From Eledone cirrhosa (Eukaryota): DNA of 19,044 nt. The notes beneath the pieces were generated by a model that saw only the letters and a program-made list of their open reading frames with translations, did not search any database and was not told where the DNA came from. The stretch lies in assembly GCA_964016885.1 (NCBI GenBank), contig CAXHJY010000682.1, positions 1-19,044 of the forward strand. The letters are read 5' to 3'. Positions 1 through 12,034 of this stretch are shown here, piece after piece (positions within the stretch are counted from its first letter, which is position 1; each line of letters opens with the position of its first letter). The position numbers and the translations under genes are program-made.

Positions 1-350
<350 letters not shown>

Positions 351-605
351 TGTTATACTTTGGGAGGGTCATGTTGCCAATAAGAAACACACGCACCAGT
401 TGCTTTCACTTCAATTTAATTTAATATATATTTATAAATTTACAAATTTATAAATTTCTGGTTGGTTGGTTGGTTCCACAACCAGATAGTTGTTTATATA
501 TATATAGTCATAGTTCTTTCGTCACACACTCTGTGACCTCTTCAGTGACTGGGGATTTCTTTCTTCGTTTCTGTGCCTTTCCTTTCTTCTATCCTACGCC
601 ATTTT
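351..605 (-). mobile_element. Family A short hammerhead-bearing element (Penelope-like pLTR-type fragment) abutting the TA tract
   Basis: Homologous over about 250 bp to 12774-13014 (starts TGTTATACTTTGGGAGGGTCATGTTG). Contains a minus-strand hammerhead. The right boundary is only where homology to the second copy ends. Confidence 0.7.
506..550 (-). ncRNA. Minimal type I hammerhead ribozyme (family A)
   Basis: Minus strand reads AGTCA-CTGAAGA-G-GTCACA(gagtg)TGTGAC-GAAA-G(aa)C-TA-TGACT. Stem I is 5 bp, stem II 6 bp after one extra G, stem III 2 bp. Cleavage triplet CUA, predicted cut between 511 and 510. Confidence 0.8.
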
Positions 606-1034
606 GTTTGTGTGTGGGTTGCAATAATAAAATGTATCATACCTAAACTGTTCCTAAATTCCTCGACTACGTAGTTTCGTGGCATAAACAAAAACAATAT
701 ATCAAAGATATAGAGTCCCTGCGAGGTCTGCCGACTTATCAAGAGGATACCTCATTTTACTAGTCTCAAGAACGCGTCTACACGACGTGAGAAAGAATCC
801 CAAAAGGCGGAGGGGGAGATAGTCACGCGATACAACGGTCGAGAAACAGAGCTAAGCTTCTTATAACCACGAAAAAAATACCACGGAGGCGGAGTGTTAC
901 ATTCCTGACTTTACCAAATAGAACAACATTTCGTCAGCTAGAGTTCAGTGACGTCACATACTTTAACCAGTCTTTAAGAGGAACTTTGTTTCACGTACTC
1001 TGTTGTTCTTCACGGTTAAAGACTAAAATATGTC

Positions 1035-1320
1035 TAAAGTCTCGAGCCCGGGGGGTCATCAGGCTGGTGCTTATTCCGGTATCCGTTGTCTGAAGCGACT
1101 GAGAATACAAGACTACCCACCCCACCCCGCCTCGACAGAACACCTGTCATCGCAGGGTTAACCCGCCACCTCTGGTTATTGCTGCTGGTACTCATTTTCA
1201 GCTGAGTATACTGGAGCAACGAGAAATGAAGTGTTTTGCTCAAGAACACAACACACAGCCCAGGAATCGAACCCACGACATTATGATCGTAAGTCCAACA
1301 CACTTACCACCAAGGCCACA
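1035..1320 (-). mobile_element. tRNA-derived SINE with a CORE-like central domain
   Basis: Minus strand has an A box-like TGGCCTTGGTGG and a B box GGTTCGATTCC, then TGTGTTCTTGAGCAAAACACTTCA...CTCAGCTGAAAATGAGTAC, which resembles the MIR/CORE domain. Related copies at 10067, 11380 and 11590. Confidence 0.8.
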
Positions 1321-1593
1321 GAGAATACTCTAGAGCCAAGACTCACAGAGTACACCCCAGATCCAAGGATCACAGAGAACACCCCAAATCCAAGGCTCAT
1401 AGAGAACACCCCAGGTCCAAGGCCCACAAAGAACACCCCAGGTCCAAGGCTCACAGAGTACACCCAGATCCAAGGCCCACAGAGAACACTCTAGAGCCAA
1501 GACTCAGAGTACACCCCAATCCAAGGCTCACAGAGAACATCCTAGATCCAAGGCCCTCAGAGAACACCCCAAGTCCAAGACCCACAGAGAACA
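1310..1593 (+). repeat. 27-bp minisatellite, about 10.7 units (consensus CCAAGGCTCACAGAGAACACCCCAGAT)
   Basis: Units start at 1310, 1336, 1363, 1390, 1417, 1444, 1470, 1497, 1521, 1548 and 1575. Confidence 0.95.
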
Positions 1594-1649
1594 GTTAAGG
1601 TAGTCAGCGGGTAAATCTTATCGATATTCACTCCCCTCCTACATATATA

Positions 1650-1750
1650 CACGGTGTCCCAAAATAACGTATACACACTTCAGTAGCATTCTGATAAATA
1701 TTGCCTGTACCGGTAATCAAAGTGTGTATACATTTTTTGGGGACACCCTG
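1650..1750. mobile_element. 101-bp Tc1/mariner-type MITE
   Basis: TA|CACGGTGTCCCAAAATAACGTATACACACTT ... AAGTGTGTATACATTTTTTGGGGACACCCTG|TA; about 30-bp TIRs and a TA target duplication. Confidence 0.85.
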
Positions 1751-1754
1751 TATA

Positions 1755-2852
<1,098 letters not shown>

Positions 2853-2962
2853 CCAAATTCATAGGATGAAATGAATCACGACGAATCTTTTCACTCAAAT
2901 GATTCTAAAATAAAATATCCTTCTGGAACACTGGATTCCTTCTTCAATACTGCAGATTGCAT

Positions 2963-3043
2963 TTCTTCTTCTTCTTCTTCTTCTTCTTCTTCTTCTTCTT
3001 CTTCTTCTTCTTCTTCTTCTTCTCCTTCTTCTTCTTCTTCTTC
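2963..3043. repeat. (TTC)n microsatellite
   Basis: Direct reading. Confidence 0.95.
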
Positions 3044-3074
3044 TTTAATTAATATCATCGTTCCTTTCATAATT

Positions 3075-3140
3075 TTCCTTCATATACTTTCTCTCTTTCC
3101 TTCATATACTTTCTCTCTTTCCTTCATATACTTTCTCTCT
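3075..3140 (+). repeat. Three perfect tandem copies of a 22-bp unit, TTCCTTCATATACTTTCTCTCT
   Basis: Units at 3075, 3097 and 3119. Confidence 0.9.
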
Positions 3141-3227
3141 TTCGATAAATACCTATATATGTATAATATACCTATTCTTACCTGACCTTGACCTTGACTT
3201 TCTCTCTCTCCCTCTCCCCCTCTCTCT

Positions 3228-3276
<49 letters not shown>

Positions 3277-3320
3277 CACTACTACTACTACTACTACTGC
3301 TGCTGCTGCTACTACCACTA
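3228..3320. repeat. (CTA)n/(CTG)n microsatellite
   Basis: Direct reading. Confidence 0.95.
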
Positions 3321-3864
3321 TTACTTATTCCTGAGAGGGTCGTGGTGGGATAGTTTGCACTTTAAGGTTTGTAAATATTCCCACAAACATCCATAAATCA
3401 CCTTAAACAACTCTAATATTTCGATACAGATCGTTTCAAGTATCATTTGTTGACGTCTAAATTACAATTGCCACACTTCTTTCCTTTAGTACACGGAAAA
3501 TTAGAGTGAAGAAAGCAAGAACTCTTTGAAGTCTGAGGAAAAGCCATAAGTTTTTCACCAAGTTGTACTTAGCCTAAATATAGATTTGGAATGGTCTAGA
3601 GGTCCTTTCTTTCATCTCTCGTCCATCTTATCACCAACTTCCTTTCCTTACTCGTCATCACCATTCTACTTCCCCTTCTCGCCATTATTCATGTAAATAT
3701 CGATATTTCTTCCTTTTGTGTAGACAATATCTTGGATGTAAAATATTCTTTCTTTTTGTTGTTGTTTTCTATTTATTCTCCCCACCCTGGCCAAACACTG
3801 AAATATCGGAAGAGAAAGTAGCAAAAGAACAAAAACAAAATAAGGACGAAACATCTACAAAATA

Positions 3865-4548
3865 ATCCACCCATCCACCTACACCCCACATACACACTCA
3901 TACGTACAATACTACATATATACACACACATACGTACTCACACACACCATCACATACATACACATACACACTCATACGTAGAATACTACAAAACCATCCA
4001 CCCACACCCCGCATACACACTCATACGTACAATACTACATATACACACACATACGTACATATATACACACATACGTACTCACACACACCATCACATACAG
4101 ACACATACACACTCATACGTACAATACTACATATATATACACACATACGTACATATACACACATACATACACGCACATAGAATCACACACACACACACAA
4201 ACACACACACAAACACAGACAAACACACTCATACGTACAATACTACATATACACACACATACGTACATATACACACACATACGTACTCACACACACCATC
4301 ACATACAGACACATACACACTCATACGTACAATACTACATATATACACACACATACGTACATATACACACATACATACACGCACATAGAATCACACACAC
4401 ACACACAAACACACACACAAACACAGACAAACACACTCATACGTACAATACTACATATACACACACACACACAAACACACTCATACGTACAATACTACAT
4501 ATACACACATATACACACACACATACATGCACACACTCACATACACAC
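3865..4548 (+). repeat. CA-rich compound minisatellite with a 208-bp higher-order duplication
   Basis: The motif ACACACTCATACGTACAATACTACAT recurs about 8 times; block 4021-4228 is repeated at 4229-4436. Confidence 0.9.
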
Positions 4549-4752
4549 GCGTGCTGTCAGTAGGCTTAAAAAAGATCAAGACAACGTGAAACAGATTGAT
4601 GAAAGATAGAAAGATGAGACGCCCCCCCCCCCCCCTCCCCCACACACACACAAAAAAGAAATAAAATAAAAAGCCACAAAGAGATGAGATGCAGGATTTA
4701 GAGACAAGTTTGAAAAGAAGAAAACATTAACAATATATTAAAAGAAAGATCG

Positions 4753-4978
4753 GGTGGTGGATTGGCAGTATCGGTAGAGGGTTGGACGCCATGCTTTGTA
4801 GCACAGAGTTACGGCCCTTTATGATCTGAGTTCAAATCCCGCCGAGGTTAACTTTGCCTTTCATCCTTACGGGGTGGTTGATAAAATAAAGAACCAGTCA
4901 TGCACTGGGATCGATTTAATCGACTTTCCCCCCCTCTTCCCAAATTGCTGGCCTTGTGCCTATATAAGAAACCAATAT
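4753..4978 (+). mobile_element. tRNA-derived SINE, family 2 (Meta-domain-like)
   Basis: A box-like TGGCAGTATCGGTAGAG, B box GAGTTCAAATCCC, then GCCTTTCATCCTTACGGGG..GATAAAATAAAG..CCAG, which resembles the MetaSINE domain. About 11 copies or fragments in the window. Confidence 0.85.
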
Positions 4979-4990
4979 TTTCTTTTATGA

Positions 4991-5190
4991 GTGGTGGATT
5001 GACAGTAATCGGTAGAGTGTCGGACGCTTTGCTTTCTAGCATAGAGTTACGTCCCGCCGAGGTTAACTTTGTCTTTCATCCTTACGGGAGGTCGATAAAA
5101 TAAAGTACCAGTCTTGCACTGGATCGATTTAATCGACCCCCCCCCCTCTTCCCAAATTGCTGGCCTTGTGCCTATATAAGAAACCAATAT
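4991..5190 (+). mobile_element. SINE family 2, head-to-tail copy with the B box deleted
   Basis: Aligns to 4753-4978 but lacks the CTGAGTTCAAAT segment. Confidence 0.85.
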
Positions 5191-5485
5191 ATTAAAAGAA
5201 AGGAAACTGTGAAAGATGATGAAGGAATTTCTCCTAATCTGATATGATTTGACACTGGGAGAGTATTTAGACATAGAAACATCATAAAGACTCGCATTAT
5301 TGGCGGTAAATAACTGATCTGCTGATTTATCTGTTCACAGATATAAAGAGTATCTAGAGATAGAAGATTAATACTAAAGATGCTTTCCTCCCCGACCCAA
5401 CCAAATAACAAAACAGATATAGAAGCCGAATGTAGGGAGGGCGGAACTAGCTTTTACCTCGTCTCTATCTCTATCTATCCCTCTC

Positions 5486-5723
5486 TCCCTGTCAGTTTGT
5501 TTTTTCTCTGTCTGGCTGTCTCCCCTTCTCCTCTTCTCCGCTCTCTCTCTCTCTCTCTCGCTCTCTATCTCTCTCTCTATATATATATATATATATGTAT
5601 CCCTGTCAGATTGTTTCTCTGTCTCTCCCTCTCTCTATCTATCTATCTATCTCCCTGTCAGATTGTTTCTCTGCCTCACCCTCTCTCTCTATATCTATCT
5701 ATCTATCTCCCTGTCAGATTGTT

Positions 5724-5798
<75 letters not shown>

Positions 5799-5824
5799 GT
5801 CAGATTGTTTCTCTGTCTCACCCC

Positions 5825-5864
<40 letters not shown>

Positions 5865-5940
5865 CCCTGTCAGATTGCTTCTCTCCCTCCCCCTCTCTCT
5901 CTCTCTCTCTCTGTCTCTATGTCTGTCTAACTCTCTCTCT
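5486..5940 (+). repeat. Compound tandem repeat: CCCTGTCAGATTGTTTCTCTG core spaced by (CT)n/(AT)n
   Basis: The core occurs about 6 times (near 5488, 5601, 5653, 5709, 5795, 5865). Confidence 0.9.
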
Positions 5941-6649
5941 GACTTTGTAACTCATCATATCAAAGACTGGATGTTTTCTTCTATTTTCTCTTCTCTGAAA
6001 TCCTTTCAATTCTCTTTATTTCCCTACAGCCTCAATCCTGACTTTTATCTCTCAGACTCCATAGAATAAGTTCCTAGCAAGATGGTGTAGTATTCACTTA
6101 CTAGACTGTATTCTCTACACTGTTATAAAGAGAAGCTGAAAAGGATTTATTTGGGGGGAGGAGGAGGTGGGATGGATTCATAAATCGTGAATTTCGTTAA
6201 AACTTGTGATGTTTCGTGATTGTTCGGAAATATCCATGAAAACAATTCTCACTTCACATCTCTCGTGGCTTCAGTGAATAATAATTTTGGTTTAAAACTT
6301 GGCGGTATTTTAAATATCTATCTCAACGATTTCGTGTAAGTAAAAAAACTACATATTTTTTCAACTATATATTCCTGAATAATTCTTTGACAAACCATTT
6401 AAAGCATCATAAATATTTTGGTAAATTTTCTTCAGTTTGAACAGATTTTATACACGACAATATCAAAACACCCGTTCAACGTATTCCATTCTTTTCTTAT
6501 TACTATTTTATTCAGTTTCTCAATTATTTTTTTTTTACCAAATGAAATTTTGTATATCTCTGTAAATTTATTAGAAACTATATTTTATATTTGATAAATA
6601 TGTTTTTTAAATTTTCTTGTACGTCAGTCAACCTAGCATAGAAATAATT

Positions 6650-6778
6650 GTTTCTGGTTTAGGCACATGGTCAACAATTTGGGGGGAGAGTAAAGTTGAC
6701 TAAATCGATTCCAATGTGTTACTGGTATTTAATATTATCGACCGTTGTGGGATGAAAGGGAAAGTTTGAACTAAACTT
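6650..6778 (-). mobile_element. SINE family 2, decayed 3' fragment
   Basis: Reverse complement of the Meta-like domain and tail (AAATCGA...ACTGGTATTT...TATCGACC...GGATGAAAGG). Confidence 0.7.
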
Positions 6779-6823
6779 AGCATAGTAATAACACTATCAC
6801 TCGCCCCAACTATATCAAACCGT

Positions 6824-6858
<35 letters not shown>

Positions 6859-7164
6859 GTAATAATAATAAATGTGAAGACTAAAATACAAAGAGGGCTC
6901 GATAACGATAAATATATATCAAATATATAAGAACCCTAGAGCAAATATTTATTAAAATAACAGATTAAAGTTTAAGCATATAATCGCTGCTTAAGTCAAT
7001 AGAGTGCTCAACCGAGGCAGCCAAATAGTAATTTAAAGTATCGTCTTCCTGTTTTCCTTCGGTTGCAACGTTTTTCGAAATATTTACTTCTGCGTTCACA
7101 GATGCTCCCGTTAAGGGTGAAAGCAGCCATTCTTTGCTTAAACTTTAATCTGTTTTTTTTAATA
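6859..7164. mobile_element. Family B two-armed inverted element between TA tracts
   Basis: Arms 6950-6992 and 7121-7164 are inverted; the left arm has about 90 extra outer bases. Homologous to 13647-13844. Confidence 0.75.
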
Positions 7165-7190
7165 TATATATATATATATATACACACATA

Positions 7191-7401
7191 CAGGGTGTCC
7201 CAAAAGTCACATAGGGGTTTTAGTTTTTATTAACTTCCTGAATTGTACAGATTGATGTATGAAATTTTGATACAACTTAAAGGACATAATGGAAATTATT
7301 TTGCACTCGTCAATCCTTGTCACACCTCTACATTAATTATGAAAACATTATTAAAAAATTATAAACAGTTGCGACCCCTGTGTGACTTTTGGGCCACCCT
7401 G
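7191..7401. mobile_element. 211-bp Tc1/mariner-type MITE
   Basis: TA|CAGGGTGTCCCAAAAGTCACATAGGGG ... CCCCTGTGTGACTTTTGGGCCACCCTG|TA; 27-bp TIRs with 2 mismatches. Confidence 0.9.
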
Positions 7402-7404
7402 TAT

Positions 7405-7555
7405 AATAAGGAAAAGAAATTGAAAATGCAACTGGAGTCATTTAAGAATATTTATTTACTGTACCGGTTTCACAGATCTTATGATTTTCCAAAGTAAAAT
7501 TGAGATTGAGGGTTCTTAAAGACTCCAGTTGCATTTCCAATTTCTTTTCTTTATA
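7405..7555. mobile_element. Small two-armed inverted element
   Basis: About 43-bp inverted arms at 7405-7448 and 7513-7555; minus-strand GAAACCGGTA at 7462-7471. Confidence 0.6.
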
Positions 7556-7595
7556 CTTTTACTCATGCGGGACATTAAAAAAGCCTTACTTTCTT

Positions 7596-7598
<3 letters not shown>

Positions 7599-7642
<44 letters not shown>
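7599..7642. repeat. (TA)n microsatellite
   Basis: Direct reading. Confidence 0.95.
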
Positions 7643-7649
<7 letters not shown>

Positions 7650-8100
7650 TCGCGTGTGTAACTTCCTATTCTTTATCACAAATTATTTTCTTCCTTTTAC
7701 TAAATCCTCTATCTACCTAATCTCCGTGTTTGTGTAAAACATCAAATGACATACGAGAATTGATAAACTGACTGTGAACTGTGAACTGATGTCAATTACC
7801 GCTAATATCTAACTTCATTTCCGTAGCCATTTCCCCTTCCAAATGCACAGATTGCTAATATCATGTATTCACATTTTCCTGTGTGTTTCCTGTATGAAAG
7901 AATTGATAGAATTGAACATTTGACAGCATAAAAAAATATTACTTATTCTCTACACTCTCTTTCGTATTTTATTTCTTTCGCTCAATTTTTCTTTATCTCT
8001 CGCAATGTTCAATATAATATTTGTATTTAAGTGTTCTTATATTCTAACATTTGATTTATTGTATGCTTAATCCTTATTAGTTATTTTATATATTTACCCA

Positions 8101-8270
8101 AGGAGGCGAATTGCCAGAGTCATTAGAACGGCGGATATAATGCTTTACGCTATTTGTTCCGGATGTCTGCTTTCTGAGTTCAAAAACCAAATAGGTCAAC
8201 TTCGCCTTTCAGCCTTTCTGAGTTGATAAAGTACCAATCATGTCCAGGGGTTGATTTAATTGATTTTCTT
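8101..8270 (+). mobile_element. SINE family 2, diverged copy
   Basis: GGCGAATTGCCAGAGTC head, CTGAGTTCAAA B box, GGTCAACTTCGCCTTTCA...GATAAAGTACCA. Confidence 0.75.
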
Positions 8271-8280
8271 TTACCTACAA

Positions 8281-8440
8281 AGGCTGCGAATTGGTAGAGT
8301 GATTAAGATGTCGGATAGAATGCTTTACGGTATTCGTCCCATATCATTTCGCGCTCTGAGTTCAAATCCCACTGGGGTCAACTTTGTCTTTCATCCTTCG
8401 TGGTCGATATAAAAATACCAGTAAACTACTGGGCTGGATT
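8281..8440 (+). mobile_element. SINE family 2, diverged tandem copy
   Basis: CTGAGTTCAAATCCC, then GGTCAACTTTGTCTTTCATCCTTCGTGGTCGATA...TACCAGT. Confidence 0.8.
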
Positions 8441-9267
8441 CTTCCTCAATATCTCTTTCTCATTTTCACTCTACCACTCTCTATTCTTCTCTAAAAGAAA
8501 TCTACTATGTTCAGACCTGGAGAGGAGATGGGCTCACCCAGATTTTTAAATGCCCAAGAAACGTCTCCACGAGTCTCCCTGGAGTTACGCGACCATAGCA
8601 AAACATACCATATTTATTTAGGTACTTATTTCTCTTTTCTCTTTCGTTAAACATCATAATACTTTCTTCGTATATGATTTGATACTGTTAGGTCAATTGT
8701 ATTTTATATTCTGAAGTATATAGACTTGAAATACATAAAAATCCGATTAATCGGACGATAAGGCCTTGATACAAACGGAAAAACATTCCTTTACCTGATG
8801 TTAATGGATTAAGCAATAAACACAATAGGCTGTGTTTTAATTTGAACATTTCTCAGTGATCCAATTGCTATCAACAGGATAAAACTAAACAAATATGAAA
8901 CAAATTGTTTGAACAAGATAATTAAAAATATAATCAATGCTACTCTAGTGATTGAATGAAATGATCGCTATTGATCTGATCAAGCAAATATTAGATGGAT
9001 CTGAATCAAGTTTTGATAGATTAATACGAAGATTATTGTACAAACGTTTGAGCAGTCGAGGGGGTTTCTATTTAGTTGTTTAACCAGCATGAAATAATGG
9101 TAAAATATTTCTCAAATAATGCAGTTACGTCCTTAGATAATATTTAAACATTGGATAATATAGTCCTAAATATATATTTACTTGGAAATCAAACATATTT
9201 ACAAGGGATACACATGTCATTTTAGATTACGTGGTCAAGGATTAGCTGGGATGAAAGAACAATAGTA

Positions 9268-9422
9268 CTAGTTTCTGATTTAGAAACAAGGCCAACAATT
9301 GTTTATTGGGGAGTGCGGGGGGGGGGGGGGGGCGACTAAATCGACCTAACTGCGTCATGGGTAGTTAATTTTATCGATCCCGTAAGAATGAAATTCAAAA
9401 CTAACCTCGACGGGATTTGAAA
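9268..9422 (-). mobile_element. SINE family 2, 3' portion
   Basis: Reverse complement from the B box (GGGATTTGAA) through the tail (CAAGGCCAACAATT). Confidence 0.7.
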
Positions 9423-9437
9423 TAAATAATAATAATG

Positions 9438-9573
9438 ATTTCTAGTATAGGCTCAAGGCCATTAATTTTGGGGAGAGGAAAGTCGATTAAATCTACCCCA
9501 GTTCATTACTGGTACTATATTTTATTGACCTCATAACGATTAAAGGCAAATTTAACCTCGGCGGGATTTGAAC
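9438..9573 (-). mobile_element. SINE family 2, 3' portion (tandem)
   Basis: AAAGGCAAATTTAACCTCGGCGGGATTTGAAC is the reverse complement of the B box plus Meta-like domain. Confidence 0.75.
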
Positions 9574-9583
9574 ATAGAAACAT

Positions 9584-9614
9584 GCACACATATACACAGA
9601 TACATGCACACACA

Positions 9615-9675
<61 letters not shown>

Positions 9676-9813
9676 ACACACACACAGACACACACACACA
9701 CACACACACACAGACACATACGCACAGACACATGCACAGATACATCGACAGGCACAGAAGCACAGACAGGCACACACACACACAAACACACACACACACA
9801 CACGCACGCACAC

Positions 9814-9867
<54 letters not shown>

Positions 9868-9905
9868 AGACACAGACACAGACACAGACACAGACACGCA
9901 CACAT
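9584..9905. repeat. Degenerate (CA)n microsatellite
   Basis: Direct reading. Confidence 0.95.
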
Positions 9906-9908
9906 ATA

Positions 9909-10009
9909 CAGGGTGTCCCCAAAAAATGTATACACACTTTGATTACCGGTACAGGCAATATTTATCAGAATGCTACTGAAGTGTGTATACGTTATTTTGG
10001 GACACCGTG
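9909..10009. mobile_element. 101-bp Tc1/mariner-type MITE (duplicate of 1650-1750)
   Basis: TA|CAGGGTGTCCCC...GGGACACCGTG|TA. Confidence 0.85.
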
Positions 10010-10066
10010 TATATATGTAGGAGGGGAGTGAATATCGATAAGATTTACCCGCTGACTACCTTAACG

Positions 10067-10346
10067 GGGCTTGGTGGTAAGTGTGTTGGACTTACGATCA
10101 TAATGTCGTGGGTTCGATTCCTGGGCTGTGTGTTGTTCTTGAGCAAAACACTTCATTTCTCGTTGCTCCAGTATACTCAGCTGAAAATGAGTACCAGCAG
10201 CAATAACCAGAGGTGGCGGGTTAACCCTGCGATGACAGGTGTTCTGTCGAGGCGGGGTGGGGTGGGTAGTCTTGTATTCTCAGTCGCTTCAGACAACGGA
10301 TACCGGAATAAGCACCAGCCTGATGACCCCCGGGCTCGAGACTTTA
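10067..10346 (+). mobile_element. tRNA-derived CORE-like SINE (duplicate of 1035-1320)
   Basis: GGCTTGGTGGTAAG A box-like sequence, GGTTCGATTCC B box, CORE-like domain. Confidence 0.8.
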
Positions 10347-10513
10347 GACATATTTTAGTCTTTAACCGTGAAGAACAACAGAGTACGTGAAACAAAGTTC
10401 CTCTTAAAGACTGGTTAAAGTATGTGACGTCACTGAACTCTAGCTGACGAAATGTTGTTCTATTTGGTAAAGTCAGGAATGTAACACTTTTCTGCTTATC
10501 TTGTTCCTATATA

Positions 10514-10820
10514 CGAGGGTCGGCTGAAAGGTTCATAGGCTGATCAAGATACTCTCATGGAATGACCAAATGAGGTATATTTTTCAACATAGTCCCTGGA
10601 AAGAAACAATGCAGTTATTATACTAGGTTTGACTGAAAGGTTCATAGGCTGACTAAGATACTACCATGGAATGACCAAACGAGGTTTATTTTTCAACATA
10701 GTACCTGGAAAGAAACAATGCAGTTATTAATAAGAAGAGTTGAAATTAATGCATGTAAGATTTCACAGCTCTAGCATCATTCCTTCATGGTCAGCCTATG
10801 AACCTTTCAGCCGACCTCCG
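10514..10820. mobile_element. mariner-type MITE with a duplicated left end
   Basis: TA|CGAGGGTCGGCTGAAAGGTTCATAGGCTGA ... TCAGCCTATGAACCTTTCAGCCGACCTCCG|TA. The first 107 bp (10514-10620) recur, diverged, from 10623. Confidence 0.88.
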
Positions 10821-11377
10821 TAAGTCTATTTTGAGTTTTTGCTTTCATCACTCTGTGTTGGAATTATTAAGTATTTTTCTGTTTATTTCTCCTCTGGCTT
10901 TAAATAAGTTCAATAAAGTTCATAAGTAGGTCTTCGGTTAAATCTCTAACTAATTGTTTATTCAATCAAGTAGTTTATCAAGTTGTGATGTCTAGACTTC
11001 TTCAAAGTAGCAGAACCGACCCATTAACATCATAAGCATTATGTCATTAATCCTAACATGTATTCTTTTACACTGAAAGGAAATTCTATCTAATCTAATC
11101 TGGCCGAGTTTACACTCGCAAATAAGAAGAACCAGGGCCGCCCCTAGAAGCATTGGATTTGGTGTACTTCATATTTGTTTCGGTTGCTGAATACAATCAG
11201 GGGTCGCTGCTTCTCTTGAAGGTCAATAGTTCTCTTCTAACTCGAGCGGGAGTGCCTTTCCATTGTTAATTTGCAATGACCATCTGCAAAGCCACATTAT
11301 TCTCAGAACCACTACACCAGTCTTTCGATGCGTGCAGCTGGAACTACTGCCACCCATTGATTTGGCAGCATCGCAAC

Positions 11378-11520
11378 TCAATTCTACAGCTGAGTAAACT
11401 GGAGCAACGTGAAATAAAGTGTCTTGCTCAAGGACACAACACATAACTCAATCCGAGAATCTAACTCACAACATTTCGATTGCAAGCCCAATGCTCTAAC
11501 CACTAAGCCGTGCGTCTTCA
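11378..11520 (-). mobile_element. tRNA-derived CORE-like SINE, head plus core
   Basis: CAGCTGAGTAAACTGGAGCAACGTGAAATAAAGTGTCTTGCTCAAGGACACAACAC...CTAACCACTAAGCC matches 1200-1314. Confidence 0.8.
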
Positions 11521-11580
11521 CACAGTTGTATATATACAAAGTCTAAGGCCGATATACAACTTAGCCCTAGTGACGTCGCA

Positions 11581-11726
11581 ACTCATTTCTCATTTCTACA
11601 GCTGAGTAAACTGGTACGACGTGAAATAAAGTTTCTTGCTCAAGGATACAACACATCACTCGGTCCAAGAATCGAACTCACAGCCTATTGATTGCAAGCC
11701 CAATGGGCTAACCACTAAGCCATGTG
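11581..11726 (-). mobile_element. tRNA-derived CORE-like SINE, head plus core
   Basis: Same motifs, with GAATCGAACTC (B box, reverse complement) and CTAACCACTAAGCCA (A box, reverse complement). Confidence 0.8.
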
Positions 11727-12034
11727 TTTATCAAAACGAACAAATTACAAATCAATGTAATTATTTGCTAATTAATTCAAATCTGCGAAGGTCTAGACTG
11801 AATAATTGGCTTGATACATTGTAAAGGAGCAACAAAATAACCCGTCCCTAGATATTATTACAATGAACAGATAAGTGGGTCGATCGATTAATAGACAGAT
11901 AATTAAACTGAATATATTCATGCAATGAATTCATGTAAAATTCTTGAGTACTTTATTTGTGTAATATTTCTATTACAATTTCTCATAAAGCTGAGTAATG
12001 TTTGTTCTTTTGTAACAAATAAGTTGTCAACATA

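Larger units (their letters stand above)
9718..10488 (-). repeat. Right copy of the inverted duplication (partner 893-1957), lacking the minisatellite
   Basis: Base-by-base reverse-complement match; 4 bp (CCCC in the left-copy orientation) stand where the left copy has 1315-1593. Confidence 0.95.

Noticed and set aside
542-742. 66-aa minus-strand ORF ending in the hammerhead as a PLE endonuclease C-terminus
   Set aside because: No GIY-YIG or RT motifs recognisable; a length expected by chance.
1231-1494. 87-aa ORF with ENTPGPR repeats
   Set aside because: A product of the 27-bp minisatellite. The frame is broken by shortened units, and the ORF starts inside a SINE.
1310-1593. CRISPR-like array (also considered for 5486-5940)
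   Set aside because: Units are contiguous or separated only by microsatellite, with no unique spacers, no cas genes and a eukaryotic context.
6030-6084. Exon after the strong-looking acceptor TTTCCCTACAG
   Set aside because: Stop codons in all three frames within 40 nt and a weak donor; cannot be supported without RNA data.
10320-10342. CTGATGA followed by CCCCCGGGCTC-GAGA as a hammerhead (and its mirror at about 1039-1063)
   Set aside because: GAGA rather than GAAA, and no stems I or III. It is better explained as the SINE 3' tail stem-loop.
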